Shown: positions 9,296 to 18,178, counted from the first letter of the stretch. The stretch: DNA of 32,000 nucleotides from Planctopirus limnophila DSM 3776 (GCF_000092105.1 NC_014148.1:4740001-4772000), one strand, 5' to 3'. Program-made: numbers and translations. The notes: generated by a model from the letters alone, not told the origin.

Positions 9296-11395
9296 ATGGA
9301 GATTGGCCCCATGGCGGAACTTCTCGACAACCCTCTCCTGGTAACCAGCGGGTTACCAGATTTTGCCCGGATCGAAGCCTCACATGTCGTCCCGGCTGTG
9401 CGTGCGACTGTCGAGACCGCTCTCAAAAAACTCGATGCCATCGAATCCCATCTGCAGCCAACATGGGCTGGCATTATGTCCCCCATCGAAGAGATGGAAC
9501 GCCCCTTCACCTGGAGTTGGGGCCCCGTGGGTCATCTCCTGGGTGTTCGCAACAGTCCCGAACTGCGAGCTGCCTATGAAGAGGTCAATCCTGAAGTCGT
9601 ACGCTATAGCCTGCGCGTCAGGCAAAGCGAACCGATCTATAAAGCCCTGGTGACTCTGGCCGAGTCGCCGGAGTGGGAGAGGCTTTCGCCGGCCCAGAAG
9701 CGGATCATTAAAGATCGCATCAAGGATGCCGAACTGGCCGGGATTGGTCTGCAAGGCGACGCGCGAAAGCGATTTGGCGAGATTGAAGAAAGGCTGGCTG
9801 TCCTTTCCACACAGTTCATGAACAACTGCCTCGATGAAATCAAAGCTTTCTCACTCGATCTTACCACGGAAGAGGAAATCGCCGGGTTCACTCCCACACT
9901 CAGGCATCTGACGGCCCAATCGTGGAATCGTGCTCACCCGGAAAGTGAAACCAAAGCGACCGCGGAGCATGGTCCCTGGCGCATCACGCTCGATTTCCCG
10001 GTGTATGGCCCTTTCATGGAGCACGCGAAAAGGCGCGACTTACGCGAGAAGCTCTATCGGGCATTCATCACTCTCGCTTCCCAGGGTGAACACAACAATG
10101 AACCCATCATGCGGGAACTGCTGAGCTTGCGCAAAGAGAAGGCGCACCTGCTGGGTAAGAACTCGTTTGCGGAAGTCAGCCTGATGCGCAAGATGGCTCC
10201 CGGTGTGGATGCCATTCGCCACATGCTGCATGAACTTCGCGATACAAGCTGGGGAGCAGCACAACAGGATCTCGCCGATCTGAAGGCGTTCAAAGTCTCC
10301 AGCGGCGATACCGATGACATCAAACCCTGGGATGTTCCCTTTTGGGCCGAACGGCTGCGCGAAAGCCGGTATTCGTTCACCGACGAACAGATTCGCCCCT
10401 ACTTCCCATTTGAACGTGTGCTTGAAGGATTGTTCGGTCTGATTCATCGGCTCTTTGGTGTCACGATTGAACAGGCGCAAGAACCCGTCTCGGTCTGGTG
10501 CAGCGATGTCCGCTTTTATCATGTCCTCGATGAGTCGGGCCAGAAGATGGCCGCCTTCTTTCTGGACCCTTACTCGCGACCCGAAAACAAACGGGCTGGT
10601 GCCTGGATGGATACCTGCCTTTTGAGGCAGAAGGTTGGCGATGAACTTCAGCTTCCCGTCGCGTATCTCGTTTGTAATCAAACCCCACCTGTGGGTGAGC
10701 GGCCCGCCCTCATGACCTTTCGCGAAGTGGAAACGCTATTCCACGAGTTTGGTCACGGTCTCCAGCACATGCTGACCATCATCGATCATCCCGATGCCTC
10801 GGGAATCAACGGCGTCGAATGGGATGCTGTCGAACTCCCCAGTCAGTTTATGGAGAACTGGTGCTATCACAAGCCGGTGCTGATGGGGATGACTCGTCAC
10901 TACGAGACCGGGGCACCATTGCCAGAAGATCTGTTCAACAAGATCGTCGCAGCTCGCACTTATCGCGCCGGGTCGATGATGCTCAGGCAGCTTCTCTTTG
11001 GTCTGACGGATCTCGAGTTGCACCACGATTACGATCCTGCGGGAAGCGAGTCCCCTTTTGATGTACAGCGCCGCATCAGCCAGACGTGCGCGGTCATTCC
11101 GCTCATCCCGGAAGATCGCTCGCTGTGCTCATTCCAGCATATTTTTTCGGGCGGCTACGCAGCGGGATACTACAGCTACAAGTGGGCCGAAGTTCTCTCA
11201 GCCGATGCCTTCAGTGCTTTTGAAGAGGCGGGTCTTGATGATGACAAGGCCATTGAACAGGTGGGCCGCCGCTTCCGCAATACAGTGCTGTCGATGGGCG
11301 GCAGCCGACATCCGATGGAAGTCTTCCGCGATTTCCGTGGTCGCGAACCGAGCCCTGAAGCACTTCTCAGACACATGGGTCTGACAAAAGTGTGA
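9296..11395 (+). CDS. prlC: Oligopeptidase A (M3 family zinc metallopeptidase)
   Basis: About 700 aa with the HEFGHGLQH zinc motif. The N-terminus NPLLVTSGLPDFARIEASHVVPAV resembles E. coli PrlC. The start could be 9293 (TTG), 9296 or 9311 (ATG). Confidence 0.9.
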   Translation: MEIGPMAELLDNPLLVTSGLPDFARIEASHVVPAVRATVETALKKLDAIESHLQPTWAGIMSPIEEMERPFTWSWGPVGHLLGVRNSPELRAAYEEVNPEVVRYSLRVRQSEPIYKALVTLAESPEWERLSPAQKRIIKDRIKDAELAGIGLQGDARKRFGEIEERLAVLSTQFMNNCLDEIKAFSLDLTTEEEIAGFTPTLRHLTAQSWNRAHPESETKATAEHGPWRITLDFPVYGPFMEHAKRRDLREKLYRAFITLASQGEHNNEPIMRELLSLRKEKAHLLGKNSFAEVSLMRKMAPGVDAIRHMLHELRDTSWGAAQQDLADLKAFKVSSGDTDDIKPWDVPFWAERLRESRYSFTDEQIRPYFPFERVLEGLFGLIHRLFGVTIEQAQEPVSVWCSDVRFYHVLDESGQKMAAFFLDPYSRPENKRAGAWMDTCLLRQKVGDELQLPVAYLVCNQTPPVGERPALMTFREVETLFHEFGHGLQHMLTIIDHPDASGINGVEWDAVELPSQFMENWCYHKPVLMGMTRHYETGAPLPEDLFNKIVAARTYRAGSMMLRQLLFGLTDLELHHDYDPAGSESPFDVQRRISQTCAVIPLIPEDRSLCSFQHIFSGGYAAGYYSYKWAEVLSADAFSAFEEAGLDDDKAIEQVGRRFRNTVLSMGGSRHPMEVFRDFRGREPSPEALLRHMGLTKV

Positions 11396-11412
11396 TGGTT
11401 CGAAAACCCTCG

Positions 11413-11428
11413 CCCGCGTCTGCGCGGG
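11413..11428. terminator. GC-rich hairpin CCCGCG-tctg-CGCGGG just after the prlC stop
   Basis: Perfect 6-bp stem 18 nt after the stop, in a convergent intergenic region. No U-tract. Confidence 0.35.
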
Positions 11429-11448
11429 AGAAAGAGTAATTAAGTTGA

Positions 11449-11470
11449 GGCCAAACGAGGGCGTTTGGCC
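11449..11470. terminator. Hairpin GGCCAAACG-aggg-CGTTTGGCC between the convergent genes prlC and yceI-like
   Basis: Perfect 9-bp stem with a 4-nt loop. It could act bidirectionally. No clear U-tract. Confidence 0.4.
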
Positions 11471-11550
11471 CCAACTGTGTGCCCTGCTTGCAGCTCTGGG
11501 CAAGCATGTCTTCGCGACCAACAACGCGATGTAGTTTCCTGGGAAGCGTG

Positions 11551-12123
11551 TTACTTGGCTTTGACAGCCAGGCTCATCTGGACGTTCTCGTCGATCTTGC
11601 CAGCACCGTAGGTAATACCCCACTGGCTGCGAGGCAGGTTGAACTTGCTGGTTAATTCCACACCACTTCCGGTCGACTTGATCTGGGCAGGGAAGGTGAT
11701 GCTGTTGGTCTTGCCATGCAGCGTCAGGTCGCCTGTAACGCTGTAACCTTCGGCTGTTTTAGCAATCGCCGTCGAGACAAACTTGGCTTCGGGGTAGCGC
11801 TTGACTTCAAAGAAATCCGGAGCTTTCAGGTGGCCAGTCAGCTTTTCATCATCTGACCAGACCGAATCCATCACGATGGTGACCGAGATCTTCCCTTTGG
11901 TCAGGTCTTCGGGAGCGGAGAACGTCCCTGAAACCTGCTTGAAACCACCGGCATGTGAGCCTTCCTTTTTGGTGCCGACGAAGCCAATGGTGGTGTTCTC
12001 ACCTGTGAGCTTGTAGTCGGCGGCCACAATCTCGGAACCGGGAGACATGACCAGGGCAGTCATGACGAGAGTGGCAGCAATGGTTGCAGCCGACGACTTA
12101 ATGGCATTGAGAAGCGAAATCAT
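11551..12123 (-). CDS. YceI-family periplasmic (polyisoprenoid-binding-like) protein
   Basis: 190 aa with a signal peptide. YceI-type strings are present: YKLTGENTTIGFVGTKK...GGFKQVSGTF and VTGDLTLHGKTNSITFPA. Confidence 0.8.
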   Translation of the reverse strand: MISLLNAIKSSAATIAATLVMTALVMSPGSEIVAADYKLTGENTTIGFVGTKKEGSHAGGFKQVSGTFSAPEDLTKGKISVTIVMDSVWSDDEKLTGHLKAPDFFEVKRYPEAKFVSTAIAKTAEGYSVTGDLTLHGKTNSITFPAQIKSTGSGVELTSKFNLPRSQWGITYGAGKIDENVQMSLAVKAK

Positions 12124-12441
12124 CCGTTCAATCTCCTGAGGAATTGGTCAAACATCCCTGACGTGGATCTGCCGATATTCGACGGGAATCCGGGCCGTCA
12201 AGGCAACCTGCACAAAAGTGAGTCATCAGAATGCTATATCAGGCATTCAGATCACACCGTGGATTACCTCAGGCTGGCGCGAACCTTACAACAGGCACAG
12301 ATTTTTGTTTCCACAGGCCGATCACCAGAAAGTCTAAGGCGTGCAACGAATAGTCCGCCCTTGAGGGAAACCGCACAGAATCGCTCTTCGGTAGACGAAT
12401 TTACTGACAGCAAACGTGTGTGGCGGTGATCGGAGAACGCG

Positions 12442-12708
12442 ATGTCGATTGGTGAAGGCTGGCGAAATCTGTTTGAGAACTGGCCGGAAACCATTCCCCG
12501 TACAGGAATTCTGGTCACCAACTACAACGAAACCGTCCCCTTCAAGGCCTTTATGATTTCGGGTAGCATTCTGCTTGTCGAGCGGGAAACCCCCGACAGC
12601 CAGGGGGCTCGCAAAGTCCTGATTGCTTATGACTGCATTTCCGCCGTCAAGCTGACGACGCCACTCGATCTGCCTCGATTTCTCGTCATGGGCTTTCAGG
12701 CCCCGTGA
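12442..12708 (+). CDS. Small hypothetical protein (88 aa)
   Basis: ATG preceded by GGAG at 12432-12435. The composition looks protein-like. No family recognised. Confidence 0.5.
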   Translation: MSIGEGWRNLFENWPETIPRTGILVTNYNETVPFKAFMISGSILLVERETPDSQGARKVLIAYDCISAVKLTTPLDLPRFLVMGFQAP

Positions 12709-12755
12709 ACGAATTTGTCTGCCGTTTCCAGTGAAAGTTGGGTCGCACGGGCTGC

Positions 12756-14144
12756 TTAACTTTCCGATTCTCCCAGTCCCAGTTGCTCCATGCGCCGGTA
12801 GAGCCTGGGCCTGGGGATTTCAAGGAGATCGGCTGCTTTCGAGCGATTGCCGCGAGCCGCCTCGAGGGCCTGTTTGATCTGTTCCTTTTCAAAGGCTTCG
12901 AGGGCCGCATCGAGAGGCATGATCTGCACAGGTCGGGGTGGTGGCACACTTTGAGCATCACGACCGACCTGCCAGAAGTGAGGCAGATCGTGGACCTGAA
13001 TGATCGAGCCCTGGGCGCGCTCACGCGATTCGGTGACAAACCGTTTGAGCTCGGCGATGTTGCCGGGCCAATTGTATTCACCGATCAATCGCTGCACTTC
13101 CGGCGACCAGCCTGCTAGTTGTCGAGGGGCCTGGCGGTTTTGCTCTTCCAGCAGATGTTGAGCGATCAATAAGGCATCTCGACCTCGTTCACGCAGGGGT
13201 GGCAATTCGATTTCGATGGTCGAAATTCCCACCAGAGCCTGTTGATCACAGATCTCTCGCTTGAGCAACTGCCGGGAATTGAGCCGGGATGTGGCCATCC
13301 AGCGGATGGGGATTTCGGTACGGTGCATCGATGTATTCCGGAACTGTTCGAGCTGTTGCCAGAAAGACCTTGGAGCCGCATCGATCGATTTGAGGAGGAT
13401 GGTTCCCGGCCCGAGTGTCGCGGTCCCTGTTGTTGACGGTACTGATTCGAGGGCATGCTGAATCACTTCGTGGAGCATGGCTTCTGTCAGAATCTGACAA
13501 TCCAGTGGCACGAAGGCATTGCGTTGCACCGAGCTGCGCTGATGAATGCTTCTGGCGAAATGTTCCTTACCGGTACCGTTTTCACCGACAATCAGAATGG
13601 GCGCCAGGTTCCGTGCGGCAAGCTCGGCCTGATGAATCGCCTTGCGGAAAAGTGGTGCGTGACCGACCAGTGAGTCATCTGTCGTTTCGTGTCGCCATTT
13701 GAGCCGGGCAGCTGCCAACTCGGCATGGAGTGTCTGCGCCAGCCCTGGCTTGATCACCGGTGGTTGAGGAATTCGTCCAACCACTCCCAGTATCACGGGA
13801 TTGTTTTCTGGTTGGTTGCCGAGATTCCAGAACGTGATGCGTGTGGCCAGAGGAGGCATGCCGACGCGAGGGAGATAGACTGCCGAAACGACTGTTTCGC
13901 CCGGGGCGGGAAGATCGGGCGGTGGTGCCAGCGTAGCGAGAAGCGCTGCGGGTGAGCTGGTATCGCCCGTGCTGACATAATCGAGCGATTCTCCAAGGAG
14001 TTGTTCTTTCGCAAAGCCAGCGAGATGGAGCAGAGCCTGATTGAGATAGATCAGCCGACGATCGGAACTGACCATGAAGACAGGCTCGTGAGCTTCATTG
14101 AGGAGAGTATCTGCCGACAAAGGCTTGAAAGATCGGCGGGCCAT
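12756..14144 (-). CDS. PAS - AAA+ - Fis-HTH regulator of the NtrC/bacterial-enhancer-binding-protein family, with degenerate catalytic and sigma-54-contact motifs
   Basis: Walker A ILIVGENGTGKE, LPPLRERGRD and NWPGNIAEL are present, as is the C-terminal Fis-type HTH GNRSKAADLLEIPRPRLYRRM. There is no GAFTGA, and Walker B reads TILLKSID instead of hhhhDE. Confidence 0.8.
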   Translation of the reverse strand: MARRSFKPLSADTLLNEAHEPVFMVSSDRRLIYLNQALLHLAGFAKEQLLGESLDYVSTGDTSSPAALLATLAPPPDLPAPGETVVSAVYLPRVGMPPLATRITFWNLGNQPENNPVILGVVGRIPQPPVIKPGLAQTLHAELAAARLKWRHETTDDSLVGHAPLFRKAIHQAELAARNLAPILIVGENGTGKEHFARSIHQRSSVQRNAFVPLDCQILTEAMLHEVIQHALESVPSTTGTATLGPGTILLKSIDAAPRSFWQQLEQFRNTSMHRTEIPIRWMATSRLNSRQLLKREICDQQALVGISTIEIELPPLRERGRDALLIAQHLLEEQNRQAPRQLAGWSPEVQRLIGEYNWPGNIAELKRFVTESRERAQGSIIQVHDLPHFWQVGRDAQSVPPPRPVQIMPLDAALEAFEKEQIKQALEAARGNRSKAADLLEIPRPRLYRRMEQLGLGESES

Positions 14145-14194
14145 GAACTCTTTCTCTCGATGGGACTGGCAAATCAGCAGCTCAAAATTGAGGA

Positions 14195-14680
14195 TCAGGC
14201 TTTGTCGTCACCGGGATCCAGACTGAGCAGATCGAGTAACTCTCCAATCGTGTGATGCTTCTCGAGGGGATGCCTCAACTGCAGACTGGCATTGACGGTG
14301 TAGCGGTTGCAGCGGCCCTGTTTGGTGATCATGAGGTAGTTGGCCTCGACGAGTTCTGCCACCACGCGCTGCACCATGCGCTCGGTAATTCCGACCGCCA
14401 CCGCGACATCGCGCAGCCTTTGATCGGGTTGCCGATAGAGCGACAGCAGGACGTGGGTGTGATTGGTCATGAACGTCCAGTTCGCCGAAGCAACCGTTCT
14501 GGATTCTTCGCCCACAACTTTGGCTGTTGAAGATTTCGCTCCAGCCAGTTTGGTCATGCTCGTCTTTTCTTGACCTGGATTTCTGGCAGAGCTTGCTGCC
14601 CGCACTTTTCGCCCTGATGCCGAGGGAGAGGGCGAAGGGGTGGAAGCAGATTGTTTGGGTGCCATAAGCCGGCCCATCAA
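14195..14680 (-). CDS. Winged-helix (MarR/ArsR-like) DNA-binding protein with a low-complexity S/P/A-rich N-terminus
   Basis: HTH-like segment LRDVAVAVGITERMVQRVVAELVEANYLMITKQGRCNRY. Alternative starts exist at 14557 and 14470. It is divergent from sbtA. Confidence 0.6.
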   Translation of the reverse strand: MMGRLMAPKQSASTPSPSPSASGRKVRAASSARNPGQEKTSMTKLAGAKSSTAKVVGEESRTVASANWTFMTNHTHVLLSLYRQPDQRLRDVAVAVGITERMVQRVVAELVEANYLMITKQGRCNRYTVNASLQLRHPLEKHHTIGELLDLLSLDPGDDKA

Positions 14681-14707
14681 AAGGTGGTGGTAAAAAAATC
14701 GAGAAAA

Positions 14708-14727
14708 CTTGCACGAGATCTTGCAAG
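14708..14727. promoter_or_regulatory. Imperfect palindrome cTTGCAcGAgaTCtTGCAAg in the divergent promoter region
   Basis: 7 of 9 symmetric base pairs around a central AGATCT. It lies about 90 nt upstream of the sbtA ATG and about 30 nt upstream of the wHTH gene. Confidence 0.35.
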
Positions 14728-14750
14728 AACTTAATTACGCGACTAAAAAT

Positions 14751-14770
14751 ACACGAAACTTACTTCGTGT
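14751..14770. promoter_or_regulatory. Perfect inverted repeat ACACGAA-acttac-TTCGTGT in the sbtA leader
   Basis: 7-bp arms with a 6-nt spacer, 45 nt upstream of the ATG at 14815. Confidence 0.35.
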
Positions 14771-14814
14771 TTATATCTCTCTTCCTGACTCTTCTCGAAA
14801 GGAATGGCAGTTTC

Positions 14815-15822
14815 ATGCTGGAAGTGTTGAGAATCAACCTGTGTTCTCCGATCTCGCTGGCATTCGTGCTGGGTTTGTTCGCCCGGATCATCCGCAGCGA
14901 ACTGTCGTTGCCCCGCGAATTATACGCCTCGCTTTCGATTTATCTGCTGCTCGCACTGGGATTAAAAGGGGGCGTTGAACTTTCTCATGCGTCGATGGCC
15001 GAACTCGCCTGGCCGGCAGTCGTCACACTTTTACTCGGGGTGATCACTCCCTGCACAGCGTACCTCGTTCTTCGTCGGATCGGCAGGTTCAGTATTGCGG
15101 ATTCGGCAGGGATTGCTGCTCACTACGGTTCGGTCTCTGCCGTCACGTTTATTGCTGCCCAGCAGTTCGTCCAAACGCTTGGTTTTCCCGCAGAAGGCTT
15201 CATGCCCACGTTGCTGACATTGCTCGAAAGCCCCGGGATTCATGTCGCTTTAGGGATTGGAGCGGTCCAGACAGCACGCCTGGCCAGCCAGCCTCGGGCC
15301 GATGGTTCTCCACCCGTTGAACGCCGACCACTCAAAGAAGTCTTGCACGAAGTGTTGACGGCCCGCTCGATGATTCTGCTGGTGGGAGGGCTCGCTTGCG
15401 GCTTCGTGATGGGCGAAAAAGGCTACGAACCTGTCAAACCGTTCTTTGAAGGGATGTTCAAAGGGGCCCTGACGTTATTTTTGCTCGAAATGGGATTGGC
15501 GGCTGGTGCCCGGCTGGGCGATCTCAAATCGACAGGATTGTTCCTCCTGGCCTTCGGCATGATCATGCCCATACTGCATGGAAGCCTGGGTGTCTTTCTC
15601 GGACATTGGGCGGGCCTGTCGATTGGTGGTGCCACAGTGCTTGGTGCGATGGCGGCTAGTGCCTCGTACATTGCCGCCCCACCGGCTGTCCGTATGACAC
15701 TTCCTGAGGCGAACCCCACGTTGTATCTCACGGCTGCTCTGGCCATCACGTTCCCCTTTAACATCGTGCTGGGGATCCCGATTTACTTCCAACTGGCGCG
15801 GATGCTTGCCGGGGGAAGTTGA
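14815..15822 (+). CDS. sbtA: SbtA-family (DUF897) sodium-dependent bicarbonate transporter/permease
   Basis: Multi-pass membrane protein. The N-terminus LCSPISLAFVLGLFARII...SIYLLLALGLKGGVEL resembles SbtA. A PII-like gene follows it. The track ORF starts at GTG 14767; I prefer ATG 14815, which is preceded by AAGGAA. Confidence 0.8.
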   Translation: MLEVLRINLCSPISLAFVLGLFARIIRSELSLPRELYASLSIYLLLALGLKGGVELSHASMAELAWPAVVTLLLGVITPCTAYLVLRRIGRFSIADSAGIAAHYGSVSAVTFIAAQQFVQTLGFPAEGFMPTLLTLLESPGIHVALGIGAVQTARLASQPRADGSPPVERRPLKEVLHEVLTARSMILLVGGLACGFVMGEKGYEPVKPFFEGMFKGALTLFLLEMGLAAGARLGDLKSTGLFLLAFGMIMPILHGSLGVFLGHWAGLSIGGATVLGAMAASASYIAAPPAVRMTLPEANPTLYLTAALAITFPFNIVLGIPIYFQLARMLAGGS

Positions 15823-15998
15823 AGAGACATCTTTGTTGCACAGGCTGCCAGGAAGATGTGTGCCAGAGTCTGAAGTCTATGGAAAAGAAACATTGTCGAG
15901 TCGATCCAGAAAGTTGAGCATCAGTAAGGCACGATCAAAGCCTCTTGATCCAGCCGATGTTCTTCAGTCCTCAGACACGACAAACCAGGAGTTTCATT

Positions 15999-16301
15999 GT
16001 GCATACTGTCCCTCTGACTTTGCTGACAATTATTGGTGAAGGATTGCTCCGCGAGCGTTTGATTACCGAGATCGAACGGGCTGGTGCGAAAGGATACACC
16101 ATCACGGAGTGCTCGGGCTCGGGTTCACGTCACCGGCGTGTGGGTGAGCTCCTGGGTGAAAACATGAAGCTCGAATGCGTAGTCTCGCCCGAAGTGGCCG
16201 ACAAGCTGCTCGGCATCCTCTCTGACGAATACTTCCCGCACTTTGCGGTCATTGCGTATCTCAGTCCCGTCTCTGTGATCCGAGGAGATAAATATGTCTG
16301 A
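15999..16301 (+). CDS. sbtB: SbtB, a PII-like signalling protein partnering SbtA
   Basis: LLTIIGEGLLRERLITEIERAGAKGYTITECSGSGSRHRR parallels cyanobacterial SbtB (..[33 protein letters not shown]). GTG 15999 has AGGAG 8 nt upstream. ATG 15957 and TTG 15945 are alternative starts. Confidence 0.75.
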   Translation: MHTVPLTLLTIIGEGLLRERLITEIERAGAKGYTITECSGSGSRHRRVGELLGENMKLECVVSPEVADKLLGILSDEYFPHFAVIAYLSPVSVIRGDKYV

Positions 16302-17049
16302 AAAGTTCTCTCGGCACGCCGCCAATGAAGCGGCTATGACAAGCCCCCGAACATCTTCCCGGCGCATGTGGCTTAAGCAAATGACGGCCACGGCCTGCGG
16401 CTGTGGTATGGTAGGATCTGGTCTCATGAATGCGAATACCCTATTGGGAGAAGAGCCAATGCAAGTCCCTATGCCCACGACGCCACAAGAAGCACTCGAT
16501 CTTCTTTATCACGGCAACGAACGTTTCAGTCGCGGGCAATCGATGGCAGCCCATCGAGATCTGGATCGAGTCAAGGCTGTCGCTCGCAAGCAGAGCCCGT
16601 TTGCCGCTTTCCTGGGATGTGCCGACTCTCGAGTTCCTATTGAGATTGTGTTTGATCAGGGATTCGGCGATTTGTTCGTGACTCGAATTGCCGGGAATAT
16701 TGCTTCGAGTGAGAACATCGGCAGCCTGGAATTCGGAGCACAGATCCTGGGCTCGAAAGTGATCTATGTGCTGGGGCATTCAGCATGTGGTGCTGTAACA
16801 GCCACGATGGAGGGTCGGGAAGTTCCCGGGCAGATCAGCGGCTTGTTCCAGTACATTCGGCCAGCCGTCAAAGCTGCCAAAGGAGATGTGGAAGTGGCCG
16901 TTCGGGAGAACGTGAAGAATCAGGCGATGCTGATTGCGGAATCGTCCCCGGTCATTTCACGACTCGTGCAGAAGAAAGAACTGATTGTCGCCGGCGGCGT
17001 TTACGACCTGCAATCGGGCGTCGTCACACCTGTGGAGATGAGTTTTTGA
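16294..17049 (+). CDS. Beta-class carbonic anhydrase with a twin-arginine (Tat) signal
   Basis: Zinc-ligand motifs CADSRVP and LGHSACGAV are present. The N-terminal TSSRRMWLKQ plus a hydrophobic stretch fits a Tat signal. The ATG overlaps the sbtB stop (ATGTCTGA). Confidence 0.9.
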   Translation: MSEKFSRHAANEAAMTSPRTSSRRMWLKQMTATACGCGMVGSGLMNANTLLGEEPMQVPMPTTPQEALDLLYHGNERFSRGQSMAAHRDLDRVKAVARKQSPFAAFLGCADSRVPIEIVFDQGFGDLFVTRIAGNIASSENIGSLEFGAQILGSKVIYVLGHSACGAVTATMEGREVPGQISGLFQYIRPAVKAAKGDVEVAVRENVKNQAMLIAESSPVISRLVQKKELIVAGGVYDLQSGVVTPVEMSF

Positions 17050-17326
17050 GAGTGTGGTTTGGAAGTTGAGTGGCCGCGCTGAAGTGGGAAGCTTCGCGAT
17101 TTTGTTAGCTGGTTGAGAATGTCGAAGATGATGTACACCACGAAGTTCGGGAGATTAGAGAAGAAAAGGGGCATGGGAGAAGCTCGCTCACAACGATGAA
17201 GGTGTGAGCTCCGTATGGTGAAGGAGCAAAAGCCCCCCTCTAACATCATTGACTCAGCATGGCAACAAGATCACTGTATGACTTGAGCAGATATCTATGA
17301 GAATCAAGTCTTTCTGGTGACAACTC

Positions 17327-17731
17327 ATGAAGCCCTTACGGGTCATCATAGCGGCATACATGGTCGTCATTACTGTCGCTTTCGTATGGACGAAAGCTGC
17401 GTCCGTCTGGATATCGATTCAGATTTCGTTCGCCAATGAGCAGACGATGATCTTTTCTTCGATGGTTGATCAGGCCTCAGAAGCCAGCCAGCAGATGCCT
17501 CCGAACGTTCCAGCGATCATCAGTTGCCTGGATTACACCCGCAGTTACTACCCTCCAGGAACCAAACAAACTGTTGGGTCACCGTCGAGTCAGGTTGTTG
17601 AACGAACACGATCCTTGGCTGAGCGGCAGATGATTGGCATGCTGCGACAGGCGACGAATAAAGATTTCGGTGATGATGCGGAGGACTGGATTATCGAATA
17701 CACGCAAACTCAGCCCTCTGTATCGAACTGA
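17327..17731 (+). CDS. Hypothetical membrane-anchored protein (134 aa)
   Basis: N-terminal TM helix VIIAAYMVVITVAFVW. No family recognised. The stretch is somewhat AT-richer than its neighbours. Confidence 0.5.
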   Translation: MKPLRVIIAAYMVVITVAFVWTKAASVWISIQISFANEQTMIFSSMVDQASEASQQMPPNVPAIISCLDYTRSYYPPGTKQTVGSPSSQVVERTRSLAERQMIGMLRQATNKDFGDDAEDWIIEYTQTQPSVSN

Positions 17732-17770
17732 TGGTCACAGAAATCCCGTAGTGGCAAACAGGAGTGTTTA

Positions 17771-18178
17771 ATGCACTTATTGGCAAGACACTTTGACGGG
17801 AGGACGACTCATCTTCTCGGCTGGGTTCTAGTGGCTGCAAACGGCACAGCGATTATAGAGGCTTCTTGGCGCGATCAAGGAGTCGACAGAGAACAGTCGT
17901 TTGAAATTGATTTTCCTGATGCGAGAATTCGAGAATGCCAAGAAGTACTGGCTCTATTAAAGCCTGTCTACAATGGGTGTGTTGACGGCTTTCCGATCTA
18001 TGAATTATCGGTGTCCGACAACGATCGTGTATTGACAACCAGAGTCTATGAGGGAATCCAATGGCCCAATGCGATCAAGCCAGAAATCGATTCCTTTAGG
18101 CGGATCTGGGAACCCATTGATAAAGAAGTTGAAAAACACCTCGCGATTCCCGGTCGATCTACAAAACGCAAAAAATAA
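17771..18178 (+). CDS. Hypothetical soluble protein (135 aa)
   Basis: ATG preceded by AGGAG (17760-17764) with a 6-nt spacer. No family recognised. Confidence 0.55.
   Translation: MHLLARHFDGRTTHLLGWVLVAANGTAIIEASWRDQGVDREQSFEIDFPDARIRECQEVLALLKPVYNGCVDGFPIYELSVSDNDRVLTTRVYEGIQWPNAIKPEIDSFRRIWEPIDKEVEKHLAIPGRSTKRKK

Noticed and set aside
10040-10681. 213-aa minus-strand ORF inside prlC
   Set aside because: It is antisense to the M3 peptidase gene, which carries HEFGH. It is a shadow ORF.
14708-14727. Sigma-54 promoter reading of TTGCACGAGATCTTGCA upstream of sbtA
   Set aside because: It resembles TGGCACG-N4-TTGCW, but the essential -24 GG is TG and the spacing is one nucleotide too long. 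The neighbouring EBP-like protein also lacks GAFTGA. I kept it only as a palindromic candidate operator.
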